Shown here piece after piece: positions 54,544 through 64,000 of a stretch of DNA of 64,000 nt. The position numbers and the translations under genes were made by a program. Source of the stretch: Thecamonas trahens ATCC 50062 (lineage: Eukaryota; Protista; Apusomonadida); NCBI RefSeq assembly GCF_000142905.1, contig NW_013657615.1, positions 128,354-192,353 on the forward strand, given 5' to 3'. Positions within the stretch are counted from its first letter, which is position 1. Every line of letters begins with the position of its first letter. Under the pieces are notes generated by a model. It was not told where the DNA came from and searched no databases. It worked only from the letters and a program-made list of their open reading frames with translations.

Positions 54544-57500
54544 CTACTGCGTCGGCGTGTGTGTCGGGCGCGAGTTGCGACGGGGTCGGTCGTGGGAGCG
54601 GGGGCGGTCGCGCGAGCGTGGGTGGGGCGGAAAGCCAGCGGTCGAGGGTGATGGCGAAGGTGATGGCGAGGGTGATGGCGAGGGTGAGTGCAAGTGCTCT
54701 GAGGGCGCGACGCGGGACTTGTTACGGTGGCGGACCGGCGAGACCGAGGCGTGTGAGGCGCGGCGGACCGGGAGGAGATGGGCCGAGTGCGAGGTTTTGA
54801 GCTTGGGCGTGGGTAGCGGCGGGTCGGAGCCTTGGCGGTCGCGGGATGGTTGCTGGTTGTGGAGGGCGCGGATGATGGGCGAGTTGCGGGCGGTGCGCGA
54901 GCCGCGGCGCGGCTGAGACGCCGAGCGTTCGTTCGAGGCGAGGCTGCGGCTCGTGGCAGCCGAACGTGACGAGGCTGGCTTGCGGACGCGGGCCATAAGG
55001 TCGGCGGTCTTGGGCGAGGGCGGCTCAGACCCGTTCGAGTCGCGGCGGCCGCCGCGGGCCATGAGGGCGAGGCCCGGCGAGGAGCGAGCCATGCAAGTGA
55101 GCGAGTCGTCCGAGGTCAGGCCGCTCGCATCGCGGTGGTCGGCGCGTGAGTCTAGCATTGACGAGCTCGACGAGCCAAGGATGGCGGGTGAGATGGTGAC
55201 GACAACCTCGTCGCCCAAGGCGGAGGATGCGGACGACGACGATGAGGCTGCGGACGCGACCAAGGCTGCGCCGCGGCCCGAGACGACCGAGCTGAGCGCG
55301 GTCTTGAGCGACGGGCTGGAGACGTCAGCATAGTGGGCGTTGAGCATAGAGACGAGCATGACGTCATGGGCGGCAGTAAGAGTGTGGCCAGAGCTCGAGG
55401 GCTTGCGGAGGCGCTCGGAGACTTCGGCGATGGCGGACGACGCGAGGAAGATGACGGCGGTGACGATGACGGCAACGGCGACGCCAACGACGACCCAGAA
55501 CGAGGCGCGGTTTGGCCAGTCGTCGGCCCAGAAGAGGATGCCACAGAGAATGAGAGCGACGATGCAGATGTTGAGTCTCGTCTCGAGCCGGTTATGGGCA
55601 GGGGCGTAGAACGGGTAGGCGCGGAGCTGGTGAATGAGGAAAGCAAGGAAGACGGTCATGAGGCCGGAGAAGAGCCATACGGTGATGTTGGAGAAGAAGA
55701 GCGAGGCGACAACGATAAAGAGCCGCTGCACGAGGAGGGCCACCTCGTACCAGTAGTAGTGGCGGCGGTAGGTGTTGTAGATGGAGCCAAAGCGGAGGAG
55801 GGTTGTGGGGTCTTCGAGCGAGTTGCGCGAGCGGTAGAGCATGGCGGCAAAGTAGGTGGGCATGAAGAGAACGTAGACGACAAAGCCGGCGATGGCGAGC
55901 GGGAGGTAGCGCCACCACGAGGGCGAGAAGCAGGCTTCGGAGAGCTCGGCATCGAGGTAGTAGCCGCCGTCGGGCAGCTGCGTGCAGTCAAAGTAGACGA
56001 GGGTGGCGCGGCAGAGCGGGATGTACATGATGGGGCCAAAGGTGAAGAGGAGGCGCTCGGCAATGGCGCGCGTGGGGACGGCGGCGATGATGGCGAGCTT
56101 GCGGAAGGCGCAGAGGTGCGGAACTAGCTTGACGATGGCAATCATGGCGGCGATGGTGACGATCATGGCAGCGGGAAGGGCGAGCGAGAGCGAGTAGCGG
56201 GCCACAAACGACGAGAGGGTACAGTCTGTGGCAAAGATGGAGAGGTCGACGTTGGCGACATTGGCGGCCTCGAGGATTTGCTTGATAGGCGGGGTCGGCC
56301 AGTTGAACGGAGCCGAGGCCAGGATGCCGAGGACTTGTAGGAAGATAAGGGTGACGGTGACGGCGTGAGGCACCAGCTTGTGGCGCGCGGCAAAAGCAGT
56401 CTCGCTCACGTCGCCCTCACCAAAGACGGTGTCGGCGCCGGAAAAGATGTGGACGGCAGTGAAGAGAACGGCGGCAAAGGCGACGATGGAGCCAATGATG
56501 ACAATGATGACGAGGACAAAGAAGAGCGCGGTCGACGAGCCCGGGCACGGGCGGCAGGTCCGATCCTGACGGCGGTAAAAGCCGCGAGCACAGTCCTTGC
56601 ACATGAACGAGTCGGCCACGTACGAGGCGGCGCAGGAGCCGGCGCCGAGGCAGGCCTCGGGCACCGGGCAGCGGGCAAACTTGCCCGAGGTTGGCGGGCC
56701 AGTGGGATACCATTCCGGGCGGGCAACAGGGAGCGAAGAGCGGCCAGCGCAGGTTGCACCAGCCGGACACTCGAGGCAGGCGACGTCGGGAGCAGCGGTC
56801 GGTGTCCAGAAGCCCAGGTCACAAACGCAGACGCTGAGCTCACCAGTGACGTTGTGGACGGATCTGACGGTGTTTGCCGGGCAGGACGAGCATGCGCCGT
56901 CGACAAAGTCCTCACCACTGTCGCATGTCGGGACCGGGGTGCACGCCGCGGTCGAGGTGTTGGACGAAAAGGTGAACGGCGGACAGCGGACGCAGAGGAG
57001 CGGCGCGTCCGACAGAGAGTTTGAGCCGTAGTTTGGTCCGCACTGGGCGACGGCGACGGCGAGCGAAAGCGCGGGCGGGGCAAAGGTGCCGGCGCGGCGC
57101 AGCTCGATGGCGACGAGCGGATCGCCGGCGTCCCACAGCGCTTCAGTCCACACTACGGCAGTGACAGCAAGATTGGTGAGGGCGATTTGACCGGTGGCGG
57201 GGTCGATGAGCGCACCCGCGATGCCGGCAGCGGCAAAGACGGTGGGCTGGTCGACGGTCGGGGCGAGGGCGATGGAGTTGTCGCGGACTAGCGCACCGTA
57301 GCCGTCATAGACGGCGACAGCGCCGGCACCAAAAGCGACGCCTGACATGACTGATGACGGCACTGGGAGTTCGAGAGCGAGCGATGCTGTCGAGGTGGCG
57401 CGATTCGGACCATAGCCCGCAGTGGTGGGCGGCGAGGGTGAGGCCGTCAGTGGGTCGGCGAGCCAGGCGTCGTTGTGGGGAAAGCAGAAAAAGGCAAAGC

Positions 57501-60500
57501 CGCCACCCACGGCGGCGTGGGAGGAGCCGGTGATCACAGCGTGCTCGGCATCGATGGTCGACTCGCAGGCAAAAAAGGTGCCGCCGTAGTCTGCAAACGA
57601 GTTTGCAATGCCGGTGTTGAGAAGGGCAACACGACCACCGGGAGCAGTACTATCGGTGCCATACATGGAGCGGGCCGAGAGGACCAGGGCGGTGCGCGTG
57701 GCAGCAATAGCGCCACCCCAGACGGCCGAGTTTCCATCAAGCGACGAGCTCACGATGTCGAGGGTGGCGAGGCCGACGAGCGCGACGCCACCGCCCATAC
57801 CGCCGGCAGTGTTGCCGAGTAGGGTCGAGTTTGTGACGCGGAGCGTGTTGGCAGAGCCAGTGAGCGCCAGGGAGAGGGCACCGCCAGAGCTCGCGGTTGC
57901 GAGGTTAGCGGAAAACGTCGAGGCGGTGATGGCGAGGGAGACGTCAAAGCCAGAGATGGCGATGGCGCCGCCGCCGATGCCGGAGCCAAAGGCGCCGAGC
58001 GCAGTGTTGGCGTCAAAAGTGACCGAATCGAGATGGAGAGCGGCGGAGCCAGAGACGGCGAGGGCGCCGCCGGACGAGGCGGCAGTGTTGGCGCGGAAGA
58101 CGACGTGGACGAGGTCGACAACGGCGCCAGAGTGGAGGGTGAGTGCACCGCCATGACCGGCGAGCGCCTGCTGCGGAGCGGCTTCTGCGTTTGAGCACTC
58201 GGCCACAGTAGCGTTGCGGAGGGTGAGGACGGCGGAGGAGCCGACGAAGATGCCTGATGGGTATGGGAGCGAAAAGTGAGCCTGTGAGGTGCCGTAGATG
58301 GAGACGCCATCGAGAGTGAGAGCGCCACCGTCGCGGAGAGCAAATAGAGTGCCGCCACCTGCGGTGCGGCAATCGAAGCGGGCACCGTGGGAGGAGACGA
58401 TGGAGACGCGCTTGCCGACGACTGCGAGCGGCGGGGTGTGGGCAAGCGGCGGAACGCATCCGGTGATAGCGAGTGGGCCGATGTCGATGACGGCGTTGCG
58501 AGTGCAGGGCGAGAAGCGAGCGAGGGCAGCAGCAACGCAGGTCATGGTCTGGAAGACTCCGGCGCACTCGGGGAGGGCGTCGAGAGTGACCGGGGCCGAG
58601 GAGACCGTCGGGGTAGCAAAGCCCGGGCGTTGCTTGTGAAGCGAGATGCCTGCGTCGTGGGCGAGGAGCACATCGTAGTAGCCATCGTAGTTGAGGTCGG
58701 CGACGGCGAGGGCGAAGCGGCCGCTGACAGCGCCGCCGACGGCGACGCGTGTGCCAAAGACGGTGCCATCACGGGCATTGAGCCAGACCTGCGTGACAGA
58801 AGCGGACGAGACGATGAGGTCGCTTCGGCCGTCGGAGGAGATGTCGAGAGCGACGAGGCACGTGATGGGCAGCGAGCCGGCGAGTGTGTAGCTGACGGGA
58901 GCCGAGGGAAAGGTGGCGGTCGCGTCCGGGTTGTTGACAACGTACACGCTGCCGGCCAGGGTGGCAAATGTCAGATCGAGAGACTCGTCCTCGCCGGAGA
59001 GGCGGCCGTACGCAAGGGCGGAGACGCCGGCTGCGAGGCCTGCGGTGCTGGCTATCGGGATCGGGGGATCAAAGGTGCCCGGGCCGGAGGCGGCGACGTA
59101 GAAGAGCGTGGAGGCGGCAGCATCGGCATAGACAAAGTGGGATGGCGTCGAGTAGCTAGCGAGGCGGGAGTGTGCGGTGAAGGGAGCGGCGACGACAGCA
59201 GTGATGTCTGTGGCCGAGGTAGTGAGTGTAACCGAGGCAGCAAAGTCGGGGCCAAAGACGACGACGAGAGTTGTGTCTGAAAAGAGGGCAATGTCGGGAT
59301 TGATGTCTGCATTGGCGGAGCAACCAACCAGGCCGCGTGGAGGTCCGGCGAGGGCGGGGACGGGGACGATGAGTGGGACAGCAGCGTCAAAGCGGCCCTC
59401 GCCGAGATTGGCGGCGATGTACAGGTCTGACGACGAGTTGAAGACAGCGACGAGATCGAGGAGAGTGTCGCCGGTGGCATCGAGGGCGAGCAGACCGACT
59501 GAGTAACCGGGGGAGGTTGCGAGGACGGTGATGGCGCCACCCGAGACAAAGCCAGAAGCCAGATTGTTGGCCCAGAGAACGAGCGGGTTGCCCGGTTCGG
59601 CGGCGCCGACAACGACGTCGAGAAAGGCATCGCCGGTCAAGTCTGCGACGACAATCGGGGCAAGCGAGGAGGCGAAGGGCGAGTCGAGCGACGAGAGCGG
59701 AAAGTCGCCGACGCCGGCAGCCGGCCATGCGACGCCGTTGTTGGAGACCAAGTCGCGGACGCCGTCACCGCCGAGGTCTGTGAGAAAAACGGCCGAGGTC
59801 TGAGTGGACGAGGCTTGGACGGTCGGGGCATAGTCCTTGCCCGAGGCCGAGCGCGAGTCAGCGTAGTAGAGGCCGGCGCTGCCGTCGTAGCCGCCGACAA
59901 CCGGGTCCCACAGGCCGTCACCATTGAGGTCGACGGGGCCGACCAGCCGCGGGCGGTTGGGGGTGTCTGTAACAACGCGGATTTCCGGGACGGTGTTGAA
60001 GAGGCCAGAGCCCGGGTTGATGAAGACGTTGGCAACGTCGGCCGAGTTTGTCTCGAGCAGATCGAGGTCCGAGTCAAAGTCGAGGTCGACGAGCTGCGGC
60101 GAGTAGCGCCAAAAGTTGAGGGAGGCATCGATGCCGCCGGCAATACCAGGCGCGCTTCCGTCGGAGAGATAGATGCGAGTCGAGCCACCGCGACGGGTGG
60201 CGATGACGTCCGGCAGGCCATCGCCGTTGACGTCACCGACGTCGCCGTCAAAGTAGTCATCCGAGTCGACGACGATGAGAGTGGCGTCAGTGGCGATGCC
60301 GTTGTTTCTCAGCCAGCCCCAGCCCTCGTCTTCGCAAAAGAAGACAATGTCAGCATCGCCGTCTCCGTCTGCGTCAGCAATGATGATGCGGCGGATTCTG
60401 TCGGAGCCGGTGTACGAGGTGTCCGGCGAAAAGTCAAAGGGGCCAGAAAAGGTACCGGCGCCATCATTTGCGAACCAAACGATGTTGCGCGCACTCGAGT

Positions 60501-60879
60501 CGACCTGGACAAAGTCGACATGGCCATCGCCATTGACGTCCCCGGCGGTTGCGGGCACATGGATGAGCGCGTTGGCGTTGATGGTGACAAAGCCGCCGAG
60601 CGGAGTGCCCGGGCCGGTAAAGTACGGTGGAGCCGACGAGGTCTGGGTGTGGAGCAGCGGAAGACCGGAGGTTCCATAGCGGATAGCCTCCATAACGCCA
60701 TCTGCGTCGACATCGAGCAGGAGCATGCGCTCGGACGATGACGGGCCGAAGATGTTGACCTGAGCGGCTGTGGAGGAGAGAGGAGGAGGGGCCGGACAGG
60801 AGGGAGGAGAGGAGGCGACGAGGAGGTGGGCGAGGAGGGAAGCGAGGCAGAGGAGGCAGAGGAGGGTGGCTGTGGGCAT
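54544..60879 (-). CDS. Giant receptor-like protein: signal peptide, FG-GAP/VCBS repeats, Pmp-like beta-helix, Cys-rich repeats, multi-TM C-terminus
   Basis: About 13 DxxGDGxxD-type motifs, GGA(L/I)/FxxN repeats, CxxCPxG repeats, about 8-9 hydrophobic helices with RFGSIYNTYRRHYYWYE, and a basic Ser-rich tail. Confidence 0.88.
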   Translation of the reverse strand: MPTATLLCLLCLASLLAHLLVASSPPSCPAPPPLSSTAAQVNIFGPSSSERMLLLDVDADGVMEAIRYGTSGLPLLHTQTSSAPPYFTGPGTPLGGFVTINANALIHVPATAGDVNGDGHVDFVQVDSSARNIVWFANDGAGTFSGPFDFSPDTSYTGSDRIRRIIIADADGDGDADIVFFCEDEGWGWLRNNGIATDATLIVVDSDDYFDGDVGDVNGDGLPDVIATRRGGSTRIYLSDGSAPGIAGGIDASLNFWRYSPQLVDLDFDSDLDLLETNSADVANVFINPGSGLFNTVPEIRVVTDTPNRPRLVGPVDLNGDGLWDPVVGGYDGSAGLYYADSRSASGKDYAPTVQASSTQTSAVFLTDLGGDGVRDLVSNNGVAWPAAGVGDFPLSSLDSPFASSLAPIVVADLTGDAFLDVVVGAAEPGNPLVLWANNLASGFVSGGAITVLATSPGYSVGLLALDATGDTLLDLVAVFNSSSDLYIAANLGEGRFDAAVPLIVPVPALAGPPRGLVGCSANADINPDIALFSDTTLVVVFGPDFAASVTLTTSATDITAVVAAPFTAHSRLASYSTPSHFVYADAAASTLFYVAASGPGTFDPPIPIASTAGLAAGVSALAYGRLSGEDESLDLTFATLAGSVYVVNNPDATATFPSAPVSYTLAGSLPITCLVALDISSDGRSDLIVSSASVTQVWLNARDGTVFGTRVAVGGAVSGRFALAVADLNYDGYYDVLLAHDAGISLHKQRPGFATPTVSSAPVTLDALPECAGVFQTMTCVAAALARFSPCTRNAVIDIGPLAITGCVPPLAHTPPLAVVGKRVSIVSSHGARFDCRTAGGGTLFALRDGGALTLDGVSIYGTSQAHFSLPYPSGIFVGSSAVLTLRNATVAECSNAEAAPQQALAGHGGALTLHSGAVVDLVHVVFRANTAASSGGALAVSGSAALHLDSVTFDANTALGAFGSGIGGGAIAISGFDVSLAITASTFSANLATASSGGALSLALTGSANTLRVTNSTLLGNTAGGMGGGVALVGLATLDIVSSSLDGNSAVWGGAIAATRTALVLSARSMYGTDSTAPGGRVALLNTGIANSFADYGGTFFACESTIDAEHAVITGSSHAAVGGGFAFFCFPHNDAWLADPLTASPSPPTTAGYGPNRATSTASLALELPVPSSVMSGVAFGAGAVAVYDGYGALVRDNSIALAPTVDQPTVFAAAGIAGALIDPATGQIALTNLAVTAVVWTEALWDAGDPLVAIELRRAGTFAPPALSLAVAVAQCGPNYGSNSLSDAPLLCVRCPPFTFSSNTSTAACTPVPTCDSGEDFVDGACSSCPANTVRSVHNVTGELSVCVCDLGFWTPTAAPDVACLECPAGATCAGRSSLPVARPEWYPTGPPTSGKFARCPVPEACLGAGSCAASYVADSFMCKDCARGFYRRQDRTCRPCPGSSTALFFVLVIIVIIGSIVAFAAVLFTAVHIFSGADTVFGEGDVSETAFAARHKLVPHAVTVTLIFLQVLGILASAPFNWPTPPIKQILEAANVANVDLSIFATDCTLSSFVARYSLSLALPAAMIVTIAAMIAIVKLVPHLCAFRKLAIIAAVPTRAIAERLLFTFGPIMYIPLCRATLVYFDCTQLPDGGYYLDAELSEACFSPSWWRYLPLAIAGFVVYVLFMPTYFAAMLYRSRNSLEDPTTLLRFGSIYNTYRRHYYWYEVALLVQRLFIVVASLFFSNITVWLFSGLMTVFLAFLIHQLRAYPFYAPAHNRLETRLNICIVALILCGILFWADDWPNRASFWVVVGVAVAVIVTAVIFLASSAIAEVSERLRKPSSSGHTLTAAHDVMLVSMLNAHYADVSSPSLKTALSSVVSGRGAALVASAASSSSSASSALGDEVVVTISPAILGSSSSSMLDSRADHRDASGLTSDDSLTCMARSSPGLALMARGGRRDSNGSEPPSPKTADLMARVRKPASSRSAATSRSLASNERSASQPRRGSRTARNSPIIRALHNQQPSRDRQGSDPPLPTPKLKTSHSAHLLPVRRASHASVSPVRHRNKSRVAPSEHLHSPSPSPSPSPSPSPSTAGFPPHPRSRDRPRSHDRPRRNSRPTHTPTQ

Positions 60880-61239
60880 GGTGGGAGGGAGATGGTAGAG
60901 GTGGGGTGTGTGTGTGTATGTGTGCGGTGTTTGGGGAGGGTGTGGAGGGGAGGGTGGTGGAGAGGGAAGCCGGTCCCGGCACGCGTGAGTAGTTGGAGAA
61001 GAGTTTGATTGGTTGCAACGGTTTGAAAGGGATGGGTGATGGGGGGTGGGGGGTGCTGGGGAAATATTTTTGTGGTGGGCGGTGGGTGAGGGTGAAGGGT
61101 GGCTAGCGGGTGGGCTCGGCCATCCATCCATCCAAGTCAGCGAGGGAGGGGCGGTGGAGGATGAGGAGGAAGGGAGGGAGGGAGGGAGGGCGTAACGACA
61201 CACCTTACTCGCGCAACAGTACATTGGTCAAGACCAAGG

Positions 61240-63037
61240 ATGGCGCAACTTGTGACTGCTGAGGACCTGTCTGTGGTGACATGCCTGGAGTGGATTCCGC
61301 GTGGAGGCTTCTCGCTGCAGCCGTCGCGGGTGGTGCTCGACGCAGCCGATGTGGAGGCACTCAAGGCGATGTCCGGCATGCCGGGAGCGAGCGGGCGCAG
61401 CAGCGGCGGTGGCAACGGCGACGGCGACGCGCAGGGCTCAAGCGTGAGCAAGGGCAAGGGCAAGGGCAAGGGCAAGGGCAAGCGCCGGCGGCGTGGTGGC
61501 AAGAACGACGAGGTTGACTCGGACGAGGAGATGCTGCGGGCGATCGGGGCGATTTCCGGGTCAGACTCTGAGGGCGAGATGCATGTGACAGACCTGCCGT
61601 TTGTGACGACGATGGGTGGGATGTACCACGCGTCGAACGCGGAGGACCCGTACATGACGGTGCAGGACGAGGACGACGTGGACTCGATCGAGGACATCAA
61701 CCTCGAGGCGGACGACGCGATGATTGTGCTGGGCGGACGACGGAGGAGCTGTCGAAGATCGAGTTCTACGTGTACCAGGAGGCGTACGGGCATGCGTACA
61801 TCCACCACGACATTGTGCTCGACTCGTATCCGATCTGCACGGCGTGGACGGGGCGGACCCGTCGCAGGCTGGGCCCAAGGCCGGGGCCGGGACGGCGTCG
61901 ATTCTGGCGGTGGGCACGTTCAACCCGGGCATCGAACTCTTTGACTGCAACGTGGTGGACATCATCCAGCCGAACGTGGTGCTGGGAGGGGTGGCCGACC
62001 CGAGCGCACGGCCGATGCGCGGGGTGGAGCCCGAGCTCGCGGCTGGCTCGCACACGTCTGCGGTGCTGGCGCTGGCGTGGAACCCGGAGCTTGCGCAAGT
62101 GCTCGCGTCGGGCTCTGCGGACGAGTGTGTCAAGCTGTGGGACGTGTCGTCGGGCAGTGCGGTGTCGACGCTGCGGCACCACAGCGACAAGGTGAGCTGC
62201 GTGAGCTGGAACCCGAGCGAGGCCAACGTACTGCTGACGGCGTCGTACGACCGGACGCTGGCGCTCGTGGACGCGCGTGCCGGGAGCGGGGCAGTGTTTG
62301 CGCAGCTGGCAGCGGACCCCGAGTCTGTGGCGTGGGACCCGGTGCTCGGATACCGCGTGTTTGTGGCGGGCGACGACGGCAATCTGTATGCGTTTGACGC
62401 ACGGGCAGCGGGTGCAGGACCGCTGTTTGTGATCGACGCGCACGAGAAGAGCATCACGTCGATGGCGGTGAACCCGGCGGTGCCCGGGAGCGTGGCCACG
62501 GGATCTGCAGACAAAACGGTCAAGTTCTGGGATGTGGCGAGCGACGAGCCTTCGCTGGTGTACGCGTCGAAGCGGATGCGTGTGGGCGAGCCGTACGCGC
62601 TCACGTTCTTCCCGGATTCGCCGTTTATCATGGCAGCCGGCGGGTCTAAGGGCGCGCTCAACGTGTTTGACATGTTCTCGACCAGGGCGCTGCGGCAGCG
62701 GTACGAGGGAGTGGCGAGCGAGGCCGGCATCCCGCGGCCGACGTGCCCGACCGGCAATGCGTTCGACCAGCCCAAGGCCGCGCCCGGCGAGTGGAACGAC
62801 TCGGACGATGACGAGTCGTCGTACTCGGACTCGGGAAGCGAGTCGAGCGGGAGGGCGCGCGACACCGACATGGCGACCTTTGCCTCGCTCTCGGTCGTTC
62901 CGGCCGAGTCGCAGCGTAAGATCGCGCGGACGGAGGCCAAGGTCCGTGCAGCTGTCAAGAACGCGCGGGCGGCGGTGAGCGGTGGCGGCAAGAACGGCAA
63001 GGGCAAGGGCAAGGGCAAGGGTAAGAAGCGCAAGTGA
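61240..63037 (+). CDS. PWP1: Periodic tryptophan protein 1 (WD40, ribosome biogenesis); two apparent frameshifts (61731-61733, 61850-61853)
   Basis: VTCLEWIPRG, EDPYMT, YIHHDIVL.SYPIC..W, LAVGTFNPGIELFD, HTSAVLALAWN and LASGSAD..VKLWD are spread across three consecutive frames. Confidence 0.92.
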
Positions 63038-64000
63038 GCTATAAACAGCCTCTGGCGAGTTGGATGTCGCTGTTGCGAAGGATCAAGGTAAACACCGCGA
63101 TATCGGACAATACGTGAAACTCGATTATCGTGGTCATGTCGTCGACCGGAGCATCTACATGGTTTGGCGATACATTGCGTGGGTGGCTATGTTTGCAGAG
63201 GTAATGGGTATGTGGGGTGTTGGTGTGGTGGTTGTGGGTGGAGATGGTGGGGAGTGGGGGTCGGAGATGGGCCCAGGGAGGGGGGTGAGCAGCATCAAAG
63301 GGACACAGGGCCAACAACTTGGGCCTGAGCCGGCGAAAGTCGGATTCCGGAATACAGCAGCTGTGGATTGGAGACTGTGTATAGGGGTAGTGGGTGTATG
63401 TAATAGGGTAGTAGTGAAATCAGATTGGCCATATCTTGCAATGAGGTTGGTGTGGGGCATGTGCGGGGTCGGACGGTCGAGGACGTGCTCAACCACCTAG
63501 GGCAAACAAGCCGACGCGGAAATGAGCCGAGGTAAATGGATATGGATGACAGCGATATTGGTACTGAAGCTAGTTAAGAACGAGTGATGACCTTGGATGT
63601 GGTCGCGGGTTGCGTAGCTGATGATGGGAAGGAGCTAGGTGGTGGTGAAGGTGGGCTGATCGGGCGAGCGGGCGACGGCTGGTGGCTGGTGGTCGGCGAG
63701 GCAGGGCCAGCTGAGGAGGCGGGGTCGGGGCTGGGTGGTTTGAGAATGCTGTTGGTTGGAGGATCGGCAGTATGACTTGTGATGGTTGAGGGGTATGGGT
63801 GTCAGGGTCGGGGATGAGGATGGGGGTGAGGTAGAGCGAGGAGAGGAGGAGGAGGAGGAGGAAGAGGAAACAGGGTACGCGATGGGATGGTGGTAGGTGT
63901 AACCATGGCATGGGGGTGGGGGTTGTGGCTAGGATGATAGTGATGGTGGTGGGGTAGGGGGTGGGGGTGGTGGTTGGTGGTGATGGGGCGTAATGAGTAT

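Noticed and set aside
9314-63037. Frameshifted genes as pseudogenes
   Set aside because: There are no in-frame stops or decay, the motifs are intact, and the set includes a conserved housekeeping gene (PWP1).
63039-64000. Possible small 3' exons of a minus-strand gene entering from the right
   Set aside because: Short open stretches between low-complexity tracts, with no recognisable protein or consistent splice model.

Overview
This is a GC-rich, very gene-dense eukaryotic nuclear window with about 30 protein genes, few short GT-AG introns (donors mostly GTACGT/GTATG) and one 100-N gap. It is not prokaryotic, and I found no rRNA, tRNA, CRISPR array or intact transposon. The gene content points to a flagellated unicellular relative of opisthokonts: parvin, PPP1R21, EFCAB9, ZMYND12, MORN3, an attractin-like protein and a giant FG-GAP multi-TM receptor. 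This would fit an apusomonad such as Thecamonas, which is inference and not verified. Recognisable genes are parvin, PPP1R21, HINT3, TMTC, TMEM184, ZMYND12, Asterix, IF1, a CUB-EGF attractin-like protein, AMFR/gp78, a bacterial-type ABC-F, a 3-repeat SARAF-like protein, HSF-like, DAD1, Myb-PHD, MORN3, NT-C2, NUDT6-like, LisH-WD40, UBAP2-like, ZFAND, HeH/LEM, RRM2, XRCC3, eIF2-beta, ACSL, EFCAB9, a G8/TMEM2-like-SH3 receptor, the FG-GAP receptor and PWP1. The most notable observations are: (1) seven same-direction one-base-missing frameshifts, six of them in short homopolymers, probably sequencing artefacts but testable against RNA editing or frameshifting; (2) two large surface receptors with unusual domain architectures; (3) a probable bacterial-derived ABC-F; (4) tandem arrays concentrated in head-to-head intergenic regions; (5) convergent genes that abut or overlap. 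All homology calls come from my own motif recognition, not from database searches.
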